This document shows, in pieces, positions 1 to 12,175 of a stretch of 64,000 nucleotides of DNA. The notes under the pieces were generated by a model. It was not told the DNA's origin. It saw only the letters and a program-made list of their open reading frames with translations, and ran no database searches. Source of the DNA: an uncultured Acidimicrobiales bacterium (GTDB lineage Bacteria; Actinomycetota; Acidimicrobiia; Acidimicrobiales; UBA10347); assembly GCA_943788915.1 (NCBI GenBank), contig CALSSD010000009.1, positions 124,001-188,000 on the forward strand. Reading direction: 5' to 3'. The translations under genes and the position numbers were made by a program. Numbering within the stretch: the first letter of the stretch is position 1; every line of letters starts with the position of its first letter.

Positions 1-419
1 GGCACCACCACAGTCCCGATGTCGCGCCCTTCGAGAACGCCGCCACCACTTTTGTGCAGCCATTGGCGCTGTAACTCGACCAGAACCTGGCGCACGGTCG
101 GGTTCGCTGCAACCGCAGATACGTGTGCAGTAACTTCGACGCCACGAATCGCTTCGGTGGCGTCGACCCCATCGACCATGACCGACGAAGCGCTGAGATC
201 AAGATCGATCTTGGGTAACACACTGTCGGTTGTTTCCCAGTCGGCAGGATCGATAGCCCGTTGCAGCACGCCAAACGTAATCGCCCGATACATCGCACCC
301 GTGTCGAGATACGGAAGACCTGTCTGCTCAGCAACGAGCTTGGCCACGGTCGACTTGCCTGAGCCGCCTGGACCATCAATGGTTATGACCCGCAGGTTCG
401 TATCACGTCCGTTGCTCAT
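1..419 (-). CDS. cmk: Cytidylate kinase (partial, runs off window start)
   Basis: Manual translation from ATG 419 gives MSNGRDTNLRVITIDGPGGSGKSTVAK...YLDTGAMYRA (P-loop plus CMK motif); conserved position after tyrA. Confidence 0.95.
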   Translation of the reverse strand, partial: MSNGRDTNLRVITIDGPGGSGKSTVAKLVAEQTGLPYLDTGAMYRAITFGVLQRAIDPADWETTDSVLPKIDLDLSASSVMVDGVDATEAIRGVEVTAHVSAVAANPTVRQVLVELQRQWLHKSGGGVLEGRDIGTVVV

Positions 420-427
420 AGCAGAGC

Positions 428-1498
428 TCAAAGCAGCTTGCGCATAGACGATCGGTAACCAGCTTCACCCAACTTGGCAGCAAAGCTCGGCTGGTCCGCG
501 AGCGCAACGACCATGATGGCGACACCGCGTTGGCCTTCGGACGAGTGGGCGATCTCGAAGTCGTAGATGTTTACCTCGGGCGCAAGTGTCGTGAGTGCAG
601 CGATAGCACCGGGAATGTCGGGCATCGTCACCCGCACTTCGCACAATTCCAGACCCGATGGGATGCCACTCGGCAGATTGACGCGGGCCTTGCGGGCACC
701 GGTGAGCAGCGTGCGCAGCTGGTCTCGGTCAGTGCGTTCCACAATGTTTCGTGCGTTCTGCAGACCCTCGATCAGATCATCGAGTGACTCGACGATCTGG
801 GTCTTGTTCTGCTCACAGATGTCTAGCCAAATCGCAGGATGTCCAGCTGCGATGCGAGTCATATCCCGGAAACCACCGGCGGCCAGCCGCAAAACGGCCT
901 CATTGTCAAACCCAGATCCAGCGGCCATGACCATCATGGTGGCCGCAGTGAGGTGCGGGACGTGTGAGATGCGGGCTACGGCTTCGTCGTGGCTAACGGG
1001 TTCCATCGAGACCACCTCGGCACCGAGGAGCCGCACAACCTGACGCACGACGGTGTAGGCCTCGTCGCTGGTGTGTTCGGTCGGGGTCATCACCCAGGTG
1101 GCATTGTTGAACAGGCCAGGCCGAGCGCCGGTCACGCCGTCTTGTTCGCTGCCTGCCATTGGATGGCCGGCCACGAAACGGGGATCAACGATCGTATGGG
1201 CGATGTCGGCCTTGACACTTCCCACGTCGGTCACAACGCCGGTCGAAGCAGCAAGTGCCCGCTGGGCAGCTTCGACGACCGCACCAACAGGTGTCGCCAC
1301 AAACGTGATCTCGGCATCAGCGTCGAAGCCGATCTTGTCGAGCACGGCAAGTTCTATGGCCAGTGCATTGGTGGCCGGGTCGCGATCCTCGCCAGTGACA
1401 TGCCACCCGATTTCGCGCAGTCCGAGGGCGATGCTGCCCCCGATCAGGCCCACGCCAATGATGTTGGCGCGCCGAACAGGAGCGAGAGAGTCAGCCAT
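428..1498 (-). CDS. tyrA: Prephenate dehydrogenase with C-terminal ACT domain
   Basis: GVGLIGGS Rossmann motif, DVGSVK, GHPMAGSE, SHVPH, GFRDMTRIA; ACT-like tail DIPGAIA. Confidence 0.93.
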   Translation of the reverse strand: MADSLAPVRRANIIGVGLIGGSIALGLREIGWHVTGEDRDPATNALAIELAVLDKIGFDADAEITFVATPVGAVVEAAQRALAASTGVVTDVGSVKADIAHTIVDPRFVAGHPMAGSEQDGVTGARPGLFNNATWVMTPTEHTSDEAYTVVRQVVRLLGAEVVSMEPVSHDEAVARISHVPHLTAATMMVMAAGSGFDNEAVLRLAAGGFRDMTRIAAGHPAIWLDICEQNKTQIVESLDDLIEGLQNARNIVERTDRDQLRTLLTGARKARVNLPSGIPSGLELCEVRVTMPDIPGAIAALTTLAPEVNIYDFEIAHSSEGQRGVAIMVVALADQPSFAAKLGEAGYRSSMRKLL

Positions 1499-1506
1499 TT
1501 TCCGAC

Positions 1507-1881
1507 TCAGTCGTCGACGAGATCAGGGCGCAGTCGGCGCGCCGCACCGTGATACACCGGCACAACATCGTTGCGCTGCAACGATGAGTACGCGTGAATG
1601 AGCACCCGAACACACCGGTCCACTCCGGTGGTCACATTGGCCTCGACCGCACCAAGCAACGGTACATCGTCGAAGCCGCACTCTTCACGCAACGCGGTGC
1701 CGGCATACATCGATGTCAGATCAGGCGTGACGGTCAGGATTACGTCGACATAGTCGTCGTCTTCAAGGGCATTCTTGGCGATGATTTCGTTGACGAGGTC
1801 TCGGACGGCAACCCGAATCTCGGCTGGATCATCGTTCTCAACTGTCGTTGCGCCGCGAAAGGCGCGCATACGTGGCTCCAC
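1507..1881 (-). CDS. aroH: Chorismate mutase, AroH class
   Basis: RAFRGATTV at the N-terminus, CVRVLIH, YHGAARRLRPDL at the C-terminus. Confidence 0.92.
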   Translation of the reverse strand: MEPRMRAFRGATTVENDDPAEIRVAVRDLVNEIIAKNALEDDDYVDVILTVTPDLTSMYAGTALREECGFDDVPLLGAVEANVTTGVDRCVRVLIHAYSSLQRNDVVPVYHGAARRLRPDLVDD

Positions 1882-1966
1882 GGCGGTCGATGTTATCGGT
1901 CATCGCGCTCTGCAGTAGCAGTGGCTCCTCGACTCTTCTATCGAGGAGCCATTTCCGAGGAGTATT

Positions 1967-2722
1967 TCAGCGACCAGCGTCGCGGTCTGGGTGCTCCGCC
2001 AGTGCCGTGAGTTCCTCGAGCTTGCGGATCTCGTCGAGTTCGAGTTCTCGCCACTCGCCCGGTGCCAGGTGTCGATCAGCAAGAGCCCCGATCCGGACGC
2101 GAACCAGCCGAGTCACCGTGAATCCCAACGCTGCACACATGCGTCGAACCTGGCGATTGCGGCCCTCGTGAATCGTGAGCTTGATCACCGTTGGAGCCAC
2201 GGTCTGTACCTTGGCAGGCGACGTCATGCCGTCCTCGAGTTCGATTCCTTCGCGCAACTGTCGGTGGTGCCCCCGATGCATTGGTCCGTCGACTTCGACC
2301 AAATATTCCTTCTCGATGCCATACGAAGGATGGGTCAGACGATGTGTCAGATCGCCATCGTTGGTGATCAGCAACAAGCCTTCGGTATCCATGTCGAGTC
2401 GCCCCACCGGATACACCCGAGGCTCATCTGGCACGAGGTCGGTCACGATCTGGCGATCATGAGTGTCGGCAGCAGTCGTGACAACGTCTTTCGGCTTGTT
2501 CAGCAGGTAGTAGATGAGGTCGGGTGCGACGCCAACCCGCACACCATCCACTTCGACTCTGTCGGTGTTGACGTCGACGCGCCGTCCGAGTATCGCCAAC
2601 TCGCCATTCACGTGAACACGGCCGTCTTCGATCATATCTTCGACGATCCTGCGGCTGCCGAAACCGCGCACCGCAAGAACCTTCTGTAGCCGGACGCCGT
2701 CGGACGGCCCTTCGGGTGTCAT
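1967..2722 (-). CDS. rluB: rRNA pseudouridine synthase (RluB/RsuA family)
   Basis: S4 domain RLQKVLA..GFGSRR, GRLDMDTEGLLL, EGRNRQVRRM; start moved to ATG 2722 after scpB. Confidence 0.92.
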   Translation of the reverse strand: MTPEGPSDGVRLQKVLAVRGFGSRRIVEDMIEDGRVHVNGELAILGRRVDVNTDRVEVDGVRVGVAPDLIYYLLNKPKDVVTTAADTHDRQIVTDLVPDEPRVYPVGRLDMDTEGLLLITNDGDLTHRLTHPSYGIEKEYLVEVDGPMHRGHHRQLREGIELEDGMTSPAKVQTVAPTVIKLTIHEGRNRQVRRMCAALGFTVTRLVRVRIGALADRHLAPGEWRELELDEIRKLEELTALAEHPDRDAGR

Positions 2723-2726
2723 CGGC

Positions 2727-3464
2727 TCAGGCCTCTTCGGACAAGTCGCCGTTGGATGACACCAGATCGATGTCATCGTGCTCTGCGTTCTCTTCGGCAT
2801 AGTCGTCGCCAGGTGCTGCAGCAGCCATGGTGGCGACGTCGAAGGCGCTGTCCTCAAGGCTGTCGGTAGCAGCGTCGGCAGACATCTCTGGGTGAACAAG
2901 CAGAGTTGTTTCGAGTGCTTCGACGACATCAGCGCCAGGCACGAACTGCCCAAGGGGCGGTAACTCGTCGACACTATTCAGGCCAAGCCGCTCAAGGAAT
3001 GCTGGCGTCGTGCCATAAAGCGATGCACGACCAGGCCCGGGGTCTCGGGCCAACTCCGCCACGTAACCACGTGCTTCAAGCGTGCGGACCACACCCTCGG
3101 CGTTTACGCCACGAATGGACGAAATCTGGTTACGGCTGATCGGCTGTTTGTAGGCGATGATCGCCATGGTTTCGAGTGCAGCGGCTGACAACCGAGAAGC
3201 CTGACCATCGAGGACGAAACGCTCCACGATCGATGACTGATCAGGATGGCTTTGGAAACGAAGACCACCGGCGACCCGCTGCAGCACGAAACCACGTCGC
3301 TGGCTGGCATAACTCTGGATGAGTTCGGCTGCTGCGATCTCGATGTCCTCTTTGGAGACACCGATGATGTCGGCGAATTGACCTGGTGACACGGGCTGGT
3401 CCGCGACCATCAGAATGGCCTCCATCCCAGCCTTGATCTCGCTGGTGTCCACTTGTTCACTCAT
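2727..3464 (-). CDS. scpB: SMC-Scp complex subunit ScpB
   Basis: LSAAALETMAIIAYKQPISR..IRGV, YGTTPAFLERLGL..ELPPL. Confidence 0.95.
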   Translation of the reverse strand: MSEQVDTSEIKAGMEAILMVADQPVSPGQFADIIGVSKEDIEIAAAELIQSYASQRRGFVLQRVAGGLRFQSHPDQSSIVERFVLDGQASRLSAAALETMAIIAYKQPISRNQISSIRGVNAEGVVRTLEARGYVAELARDPGPGRASLYGTTPAFLERLGLNSVDELPPLGQFVPGADVVEALETTLLVHPEMSADAATDSLEDSAFDVATMAAAAPGDDYAEENAEHDDIDLVSSNGDLSEEA

Positions 3465-4237
3465 CCTTCGTATGAATCGATCAGATCCATGGCAGCGGCG
3501 CCCTGCTCATCGGCGATCCATTCGACTTCGATATTTCCGAAACTCGAGATCTGGGTGATGTCGAGTAAGTCCTGCTTGTACAGCTCCAAGACGGCCAGGA
3601 AGTACACGACCACCTCGATCCGATCCACGAGTTGTGCAGTGATCTGGCGGAAGCTCACTCGGCCTCGTTCAGGCAGATCGATCGAAAGTTCGTTCACGGC
3701 ATCGCCCACACTGAACGAGATGGGCGCAATATGGTCCGTGGCGACCCGGATGACTGGTTTGGGCGCAGTGGCCCGCATGAACGCGTTGCGCAGATCGTTG
3801 CCGTCGACGTTCGCGAACAGATCAGGCAGCAGCCCAATAAAACTCTCTTCGATACCCGACGTGCGGGGGTACGAACGGCTGGCCTCGGCACTGAGCACCT
3901 GCAACGACTGGGCGGCGTCCTTGAATGTTTTGCATTCGAGTAGACGAGCCAGCAGTAAATCTCGTTCTTCCCACAACGCGAGTTCTTCGTCGAGATCAGA
4001 TCCCGGCGGATCAGGAAGCAGTCGGCGACTCTTCAGTTCGACCAGCGTGGCTGCAATGAGCAGGAACTCCGTGGCGACTTCGAGCTCGAGTGTGTCCATC
4101 TGTTCGAGCGCCGTGATGTACGCGTCGACGATCGATGACAGCGACACTTCATAGAGGTCGACTTCGTCTTTCAAAATCAGGTGCAGCAGCAAGTCGAAGG
4201 GCCCGTCAAATACGGGCGTCGATACAGCAACACTCAC
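3461..4237 (-). CDS. scpA: Segregation/condensation protein ScpA
   Basis: FDGPFDLLLHLI, EFLLIAATLVELKSRRLLP, FLAVLEL; 4-nt overlap with scpB. Confidence 0.95.
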   Translation of the reverse strand: MSVAVSTPVFDGPFDLLLHLILKDEVDLYEVSLSSIVDAYITALEQMDTLELEVATEFLLIAATLVELKSRRLLPDPPGSDLDEELALWEERDLLLARLLECKTFKDAAQSLQVLSAEASRSYPRTSGIEESFIGLLPDLFANVDGNDLRNAFMRATAPKPVIRVATDHIAPISFSVGDAVNELSIDLPERGRVSFRQITAQLVDRIEVVVYFLAVLELYKQDLLDITQISSFGNIEVEWIADEQGAAAMDLIDSYEG

Positions 4238-4379
4238 GGGCCCGAGGTTACCGATTGAGTTCCGTTCCGAGCGTCATAGGGGCGAAAGTCAGGCCAAACG
4301 CCAGTGTCACCAAACGACCGAGCCCCGAAACCTCACTGAGCCTGCCGAGATGTGGCTCGGCGACATACAGTCGACGCCG

Positions 4380-5766
4380 ATGCCTGCTTCGATACATCAT
4401 CTTGTGTGGTTTCGACGGGACCTGCGGCTGGGCGATAACCCGGCCTGGGCCGCCGCCACCCAGCGCTCCGACGAGGTCACCGCGCTCTTCGTGCTCGACC
4501 CTGCATTGTTCGATCGCGCCGGGCCCTACCGCCAACAGGCGCTGGCCGCCCATCTACAAGCGCTCGACGCACAACTCCGTGAACGAGGGGGCCGGCTCCG
4601 CGTCGAACACGGCGACCCAACCGTAGTCGTGCCCGCGGTAGCCGAATCGCTGCAGGCCGACATGGTCCATTGGAATACTGACACCACCCCGTACGCAGTG
4701 CCGCGAGATCAGGCCGTGGCTGCGAAGCTGCCCGGTCGGGTGCACACGCATTGGGGCACTCTGGTGCACGAGCCTGGCCGTGTCCTGACAGGCAAGGGCA
4801 CCTCTGTCAAAGGTCTTCACACCGTTCTACAACGTGTGGAACAAGACCGAGATGTCGCCGTGGGCGACTGGCCCTGGCGCCGCACAGATCGCAGACCAGG
4901 CTGGCACCGGACTCCCCAGCCACGACACTGCCCAGGATCCCACCTCGGGGGACTATCCCGGCGGCGAAGAGGCCGCAAAGGATCGGCTCGAAGACTTCCT
5001 TGGGCGCATCGACGACTATCTCGATACACGTGACCTGCCTGCCATCGACGGCACATCCCGGCTGTCCGCCGACCTGCGGTTTGGCACGCTGTCACCACGC
5101 GAGATCGCGGTGGTCGTCGGCGAAACTACCGCTGGCCGTCGAGGTTTCGTGCGTCAATTGGCATGGCGCGACTGGTACGCCCACCTGCTCTACCAAAACC
5201 CCACCATGCCCAACGCTGCAATCAAACCTGAGTACGACAAGGTTGCCTGGCGCAACGACGCCGACGAGTTCCAAGCCTGGAAAGACGGCGCCACTGGTTA
5301 CCCAATTGTCGATGCTGGCATGCGGCAACTGCTGCACACCGGTTGGATGCACAACCGGGTCCGCATGATCGTCGGTTCGTTCCTCGTCAAGGACTTACTG
5401 ATCGACTGGCGAAAGGGCGAGCGCTGGTTTCGGCACTTACTTGTTGATGCAGACATGTCACAGAACGTCGGCAACTGGCAATGGGTTGCGGGTTGCGGCA
5501 CCGATGCTGCGCCTTACTTTCGGGTGTTCAACCCATGGACACAAAGCCGCAAGTTCGACGCCGATGGCGACTACATCCGCACCTGGGTCCCGGAGCTCGC
5601 TGGGCTGAACAAGAAGATGATCCACGAGCCACACCTGGCCCCTCCCCTCGATCTGGCCGCCGCTGGTGTCGTCCTCGGTGACAGCTATCCCCATCCCATC
5701 GTCAACCACGCCTTCGCCCGTGACCGTGTACTCGCTGCCTACAAGACTGCGCTCGGCAAAGACTGA
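4380..5766 (+). CDS. phrB: Deoxyribodipyrimidine photolyase (class I CPD type); one frameshift near 4803
   Basis: WFRRDLRLGDNPA N-terminus (ORF 4350) continues via KVFTPFYN into ORF 4834 with TSRLSADLRFG, TGYPIVDAGMRQL, WMHNRVRM, GNWQW. Confidence 0.9.
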
Positions 5767-5785
5767 AGAGAGCAATGAGCTCCGC

Positions 5786-6574
5786 TCACTTGCCGGTCCA
5801 GTTGGGGCTGCGCTTTTCGACGAAGCTGGCGATGCCTTCTTGGCCGTCGGCGGTGGCCATGGCGTTCGTGATCATGACACCTTCGAACTCGCCCGCACTT
5901 TCGAGAGGCTGTTCGAAGCCGTTATAGATGACCTGCTTGGCGTGGCCAGTAGCAAACGGGGCGCCAGCGGCAAGCTCCGCTGCCATGGCTGCGGTTGCCG
6001 CATCGACCTCGTCATCGGCAACTACTCGATTCACCAGGCCCCATGACTCCGCGGTTGCCGCGTCGAGCACCCGATTCGTCAGCGTGAGATCGAGCATGCG
6101 GCGCAGCCCGATGTGGCGGCCGATGAAATACGACGAGGTGCCGTCGGGCGTCATGCCTGCCCGGGTGTAGGCCATGGTGTACTTCGAACTCTCACCGCTG
6201 ATGACCAAGTCGAATGCGCCAACCAGTGAAAGGCCTGCGCCGCCGGCAGCGCCTCGGACCCCTGCGACGAACGGCTTCGTCATGCGGTTCATTTTGTACA
6301 GCGCTGCGTGGAACGGACCCACCACCTTGGCGCCGTGTTTGGGCAGCTCGGCGCCCATGCCATGGAACTCTTTGAGGTCACCACCTGCACAGAAGACCTT
6401 GCCTTCAGCTGTCACGCTGACGGCGCGAACGGCGTCGTCGAACTCGATCTCGATCATGACATCGCGCAGATCTCGGGCAAAGGCTTCCGACACAGCGTTG
6501 GCCCCGTTCGGCCGGTTCAGTCGCAGGTGTCCAACGTTGCCCTCGACGGTGTATGTGATCGTCTCATAACTCAT
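5786..6574 (-). CDS. Enoyl-CoA hydratase/isomerase family protein
   Basis: LNRPNGANA, FCAGGDL, AGGAGLSL, EGIASFVEKRSPNWTGK; start ATG 6574. Confidence 0.9.
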   Translation of the reverse strand: MSYETITYTVEGNVGHLRLNRPNGANAVSEAFARDLRDVMIEIEFDDAVRAVSVTAEGKVFCAGGDLKEFHGMGAELPKHGAKVVGPFHAALYKMNRMTKPFVAGVRGAAGGAGLSLVGAFDLVISGESSKYTMAYTRAGMTPDGTSSYFIGRHIGLRRMLDLTLTNRVLDAATAESWGLVNRVVADDEVDAATAAMAAELAAGAPFATGHAKQVIYNGFEQPLESAGEFEGVMITNAMATADGQEGIASFVEKRSPNWTGK

Positions 6575-6661
6575 GACCCAAGCTTGACCGGCCGACACAC
6601 GCGCAACCAAGTACAAATTGCGGGTAGCGGCAGGGGCCGCTGCCACTACGCTCATCGACGC

Positions 6662-7645
6662 ATGACAACGCAACGTGTTTTCAGTGGAATCCAGCCGACC
6701 GGTGAACCGCATCTTGGCAACTTCCTGGGTGCGATCAAGAACTATGTCCGAATGCAGGATGGCCACGATGCGGTGTATTGCATCGTGGACATGCACGCAA
6801 TCACTGTGCCGCAGGATCCCGCCGACCTGCGGGCCAGCACATTACGCATGGGCCAGCTGCTCATGGCATCAGGCCTAGACCCCCAGCAATGCACCCTGTT
6901 CGTGCAGAGCCAGGTGCCCCAGCACGCCCAGCTCGGTTGGCTTATGGAAACCACTGTCAGCTTCGGCGAACTCAGCCGCATGACTCAGTTCAAGGACAAG
7001 AGCGATCGAAGCGAGTTCATCTCGAGCGCACTGTTCACCTACCCAGCGCTTCAAGCTGCCGACATCTTGTTGTACGACACCAACTTCGTTCCCGTCGGCG
7101 ACGATCAACGTCAGCATCTAGAACTGGCACGCGATGCAGCCCAGCGTTTCAACAGCCGTTTCGGCGAGACGTTCGTGGTGCCAGAACATGTCATCCCGCC
7201 TGTCGCAGCTCGGATCATGGATCTGCAACGACCGAATGACAAGATGTCGAAGTCGGCCGAGGCCGAAAACGGCCTGATCATGATGCTTGAACCTCTCAAA
7301 AGCATCGAGAAGAAGTTCAAGCGTGCGGTCACTGACAGCGATGACGAGGTCCGTTTCGACCGAGACAACAAACCCGGTGTATCCAATCTGCTGGAGATCC
7401 TGAGCGCCGTGACCGACACCGATCCCGAGACACTTGCAACGCAGTACACACAGTACGGCCGACTCAAGGTCGACACCGCCGAGGCTGTCATTTCGGTTCT
7501 ACAGCCCATTCAAGAGCGTTATGCCGAATTAGCTGCCGACCCCGCCGAGACGCAGCGACTGTTGCGTATTGGCGCCGAGAAGGCCCGAGAGATCGCCGAG
7601 GTCGTCTATGAACGAGCTCGAGACAACATCGGCTTCCTGGCTTAG
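6662..7645 (+). CDS. trpS: Tryptophan--tRNA ligase
   Basis: FSGIQPTGEPHLGN (HIGH-like), YPALQAADIL, VPVGDDQRQH, KMSKS. Confidence 0.97.
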   Translation: MTTQRVFSGIQPTGEPHLGNFLGAIKNYVRMQDGHDAVYCIVDMHAITVPQDPADLRASTLRMGQLLMASGLDPQQCTLFVQSQVPQHAQLGWLMETTVSFGELSRMTQFKDKSDRSEFISSALFTYPALQAADILLYDTNFVPVGDDQRQHLELARDAAQRFNSRFGETFVVPEHVIPPVAARIMDLQRPNDKMSKSAEAENGLIMMLEPLKSIEKKFKRAVTDSDDEVRFDRDNKPGVSNLLEILSAVTDTDPETLATQYTQYGRLKVDTAEAVISVLQPIQERYAELAADPAETQRLLRIGAEKAREIAEVVYERARDNIGFLA

Positions 7646-7653
7646 CGAAAGCG

Positions 7654-8235
7654 TTATTCGTCGGCCTTTTTCAGGGCTGCCGCTACCACCGGCTTGATGG
7701 TGATTTGATCGGCTGGCAGATGGTGCTCGCGGGCCCAACTAATCGCAAGTTCTGACGCGCCCGCGTTGGCAAGTTCAGTAGCACCGATATTACTGTGATC
7801 GAGATAACTGGCAATCTGGGCGCGAATGCCACCCTTGTCGCCCCAGCCACGCGCCTGTTCGTAGATCAGCAGACCTGCAAAACTGGCGGCGACCCGGCCG
7901 GGTGTTCCGAGCCCTGCCTGGGTCTTGCCGACATCATGTAGTGCCGATGCCACGGCTACTTCGTCGCCGAACGTCGACACGCTGCGGGCGCAGCTGATCG
8001 CATGGGCGCGGTCGACCTCGGCCATTTGGCGATACAAAACCGACTCGTTTGGTGTGAGTAGGGACAGCAGCCACGCTTCGTCTGCAGCATCTGGTACTGG
8101 CTTGCGTAACGACCACAAGGTGCGCTGAGCGAGATGAGGGACGTCGCGCCACGAATACACCTGGGTTGAGTCGGCCGGTTTCCGTGCCCCAGAAACTGCT
8201 CCATCAGCGGTGTGAGGTTCACGGATCTCGGTCAT
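7654..8235 (-). CDS. HD-domain metal-dependent phosphohydrolase-like protein
   Basis: DRAH..., ALHDVGK, HSNIGA, EHH and terminal AD motifs. Confidence 0.7.
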   Translation of the reverse strand: MTEIREPHTADGAVSGARKPADSTQVYSWRDVPHLAQRTLWSLRKPVPDAADEAWLLSLLTPNESVLYRQMAEVDRAHAISCARSVSTFGDEVAVASALHDVGKTQAGLGTPGRVAASFAGLLIYEQARGWGDKGGIRAQIASYLDHSNIGATELANAGASELAISWAREHHLPADQITIKPVVAAALKKADE

Positions 8236-8254
8236 GGCCGTAGTTTGGCGTAGA

Positions 8255-8812
8255 TCAGGACGCAGGTGTGAGCAGGCCGAGATCGCGAGCCCAGAACAGG
8301 CCCACGAGTGATTTGACATCGCGAAGTTTGCCGCCCACAAGCCAGTCGTCGATCTCGGTCAACGGGACCCGCACGATCTCCGAGTATTCCTCTTCGACGC
8401 CGTCGACTTGGCGACCGACATCGACGCAGTCATTCGCTGCGAAGATCGTGAGTACTTCGTCGCAGAAACCGGCGGCGGTAAGGAAGTCACCAAGCAGCAC
8501 TAGGTTCTGGGGGTCGAGGCCGACTTCTTCGATCAGTTCGCGCCTGGCAGCGGTCTCGAGAGGTTCACCCGGGATATCGGTCTTGCCTGCAGGGATCTCG
8601 ATGAGGTTGTCGTCAACTGCGGCTCGGTATTGCTCGACGAATACCACACAACCGTCGTGGATTGCGACGACGGCCACCGCACCTGGATGGCGTACAACCT
8701 GGCGTTCGACCAGATCACCACGAGGCGTGCGAACGGTCAAGATCTCTGTCGTGACCATGGCGCCCGCGTGTGCAACCCGAGCGCCCTCTACGAAGAATTT
8801 CTTATCGCTCAT
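8255..8812 (-). CDS. NUDIX hydrolase (ADP-ribose pyrophosphatase-like)
   Basis: VRHPGAV, QYR, EIPAGK..AARRELIEEVG Nudix box; conserved position after pyrG. Confidence 0.9.
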   Translation of the reverse strand: MSDKKFFVEGARVAHAGAMVTTEILTVRTPRGDLVERQVVRHPGAVAVVAIHDGCVVFVEQYRAAVDDNLIEIPAGKTDIPGEPLETAARRELIEEVGLDPQNLVLLGDFLTAAGFCDEVLTIFAANDCVDVGRQVDGVEEEYSEIVRVPLTEIDDWLVGGKLRDVKSLVGLFWARDLGLLTPAS

Positions 8813-8823
8813 GGGCGATGTCG

Positions 8824-10500
<1,677 letters not shown>

Positions 10501-10582
10501 TCACACTAACGCGACAAATGGGTACGGGCGCGGAGTCCCCGACACCTTGTGGCACATATTTCCACCGCCGCGTTGCCCATGT

Positions 10583-12163
10583 TCATGAGGAGGCTTGTGA
10601 CTGCAATAGCTCGGCTGCATGAGCCCGAGCATTGTCGCTGTCGGGTGAGCCCGACAACATGCGAGCGAGCTCGACGATTCGGCCGTCGAAATCCAGATCG
10701 TGGAGCTCGGTGGCCGTGGATTTCCCCTTGATTGTTTTCACAATGTTGATTTGGTGATCGGCACACGCCGCCACCTGCGGCAGGTGCGTCACGACCAGCA
10801 CCTGATGGCTCGCACCTACGCCGGCGAGTGCTTGACCGATGGCTAAGGCCGCTTCGCCACCGACACCAGCATCGACCTCGTCGTAGATCACCGACTCGGT
10901 GTCGCCGCCGACCACCAGCTGCAGCGCCAACATGATGCGAGACAACTCGCCGCCCGAAGCGACCTTGGCCACCGACAGCACCGGTGAACCTGGGTTCATA
11001 GACACCACGAACTCAATGTCGCGGCCAGCCTCGCCTTCGACATGGATTTCGAACTGAGCCTTTGGCAGCGCCAAACGACGCAGCTCGGCTTGCACCTTCT
11101 TGGCCAACTTGGGAGCAGTGGCCTGACGAGCTGCGAGCAACTCAGCACTGGCGAAGGCCTTTTCGCCCTCGAGCCGTTCGATACGCTCAGCAACTTCGGT
11201 CGCCAGTTCTGCGTGATTGCGAATCTCGTCGAGTCGGGCCTGGGCTTGGGCTCCAAACTCAAGCACCGAAGCAAGATCGACGCCGTACTTGCGTCGCAAC
11301 CCGGTAAGGACCTCGCGCCGGGCCTGAAGTTCGTGCAGGGACGCGGGGTCATCGTCGATGCTGCTAGTCGTCGTCCGGAGTTCTTCGACGATGTCAGTCA
11401 TCTCGGCTTGAATCCCATAGAGCCGATCTGCAATCGGCGCAAATGGTTCGCGGTCCAGGACCGCAGCAAGTGCTTCGGCCACCGCTGACCCAGCTGCCCC
11501 ATCGACCGACAGCAGCTCAATGGCCGCTTCGGCAGCTTCACCATGGGCGCCAGCGTCACCAAGTGCAATCTCTTTAGCTGCAAGTCGATCATCTTCGCCA
11601 GCATCAACGATTGCCGCACCATTGATCTCGTCAAGCTGGTAGTGCAACAACTCCATTTCGCGGTTGCGCGAAATTTCATCGCCACCGAGCGCTTCGAGGT
11701 CCATCAGGGCTTGACGCAAAGACTCGGTAGCGAGCGCCAGCGGCGCCAGATCATGTTTGCCATATCGGTCCAGTGCACTTCGGCGCATCGCCGACTTGAG
11801 CATGGTCTGTTGTCCGTGTTGGCCATGGATCTCGATAAGTGGCCCAATCATCTCCTCGAGGACCGACGCAGTCGAGAGTCCGCCGTTGAGATAGGCCCGG
11901 CTGCGGCCGGTTGCAGGAAGCACCCGCCGGACCACGTACTCGACACCTTCGGAATCCACGAAGCGGCCTTCGACCACGGCCTCGTCGGCGCCCGGGCGCA
12001 CGAGGGAAGGTTCGGCCCGGCCGCCTTTCAACAGGCTGATGGCCTCGGTGACCAACGTCTTTCCCGCACCGGTTTCGCCCGTCAGCGCGGTGGCGCCCGA
12101 TTCGAGAAGCACCGACGCCTCTTCGATTACGCCCAGATTCCGTACAACCAACTCGGTCAACAT
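10583..12163 (-). CDS. recN: DNA repair protein RecN
   Basis: TGETGAGKT, SGGELSRIML, DEVDAGVGG, VTHLPQVAA. Confidence 0.96.
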   Translation of the reverse strand: MLTELVVRNLGVIEEASVLLESGATALTGETGAGKTLVTEAISLLKGGRAEPSLVRPGADEAVVEGRFVDSEGVEYVVRRVLPATGRSRAYLNGGLSTASVLEEMIGPLIEIHGQHGQQTMLKSAMRRSALDRYGKHDLAPLALATESLRQALMDLEALGGDEISRNREMELLHYQLDEINGAAIVDAGEDDRLAAKEIALGDAGAHGEAAEAAIELLSVDGAAGSAVAEALAAVLDREPFAPIADRLYGIQAEMTDIVEELRTTTSSIDDDPASLHELQARREVLTGLRRKYGVDLASVLEFGAQAQARLDEIRNHAELATEVAERIERLEGEKAFASAELLAARQATAPKLAKKVQAELRRLALPKAQFEIHVEGEAGRDIEFVVSMNPGSPVLSVAKVASGGELSRIMLALQLVVGGDTESVIYDEVDAGVGGEAALAIGQALAGVGASHQVLVVTHLPQVAACADHQINIVKTIKGKSTATELHDLDFDGRIVELARMLSGSPDSDNARAHAAELLQSQASS

Positions 12164-12175
12164 GTCGCAGCTCCT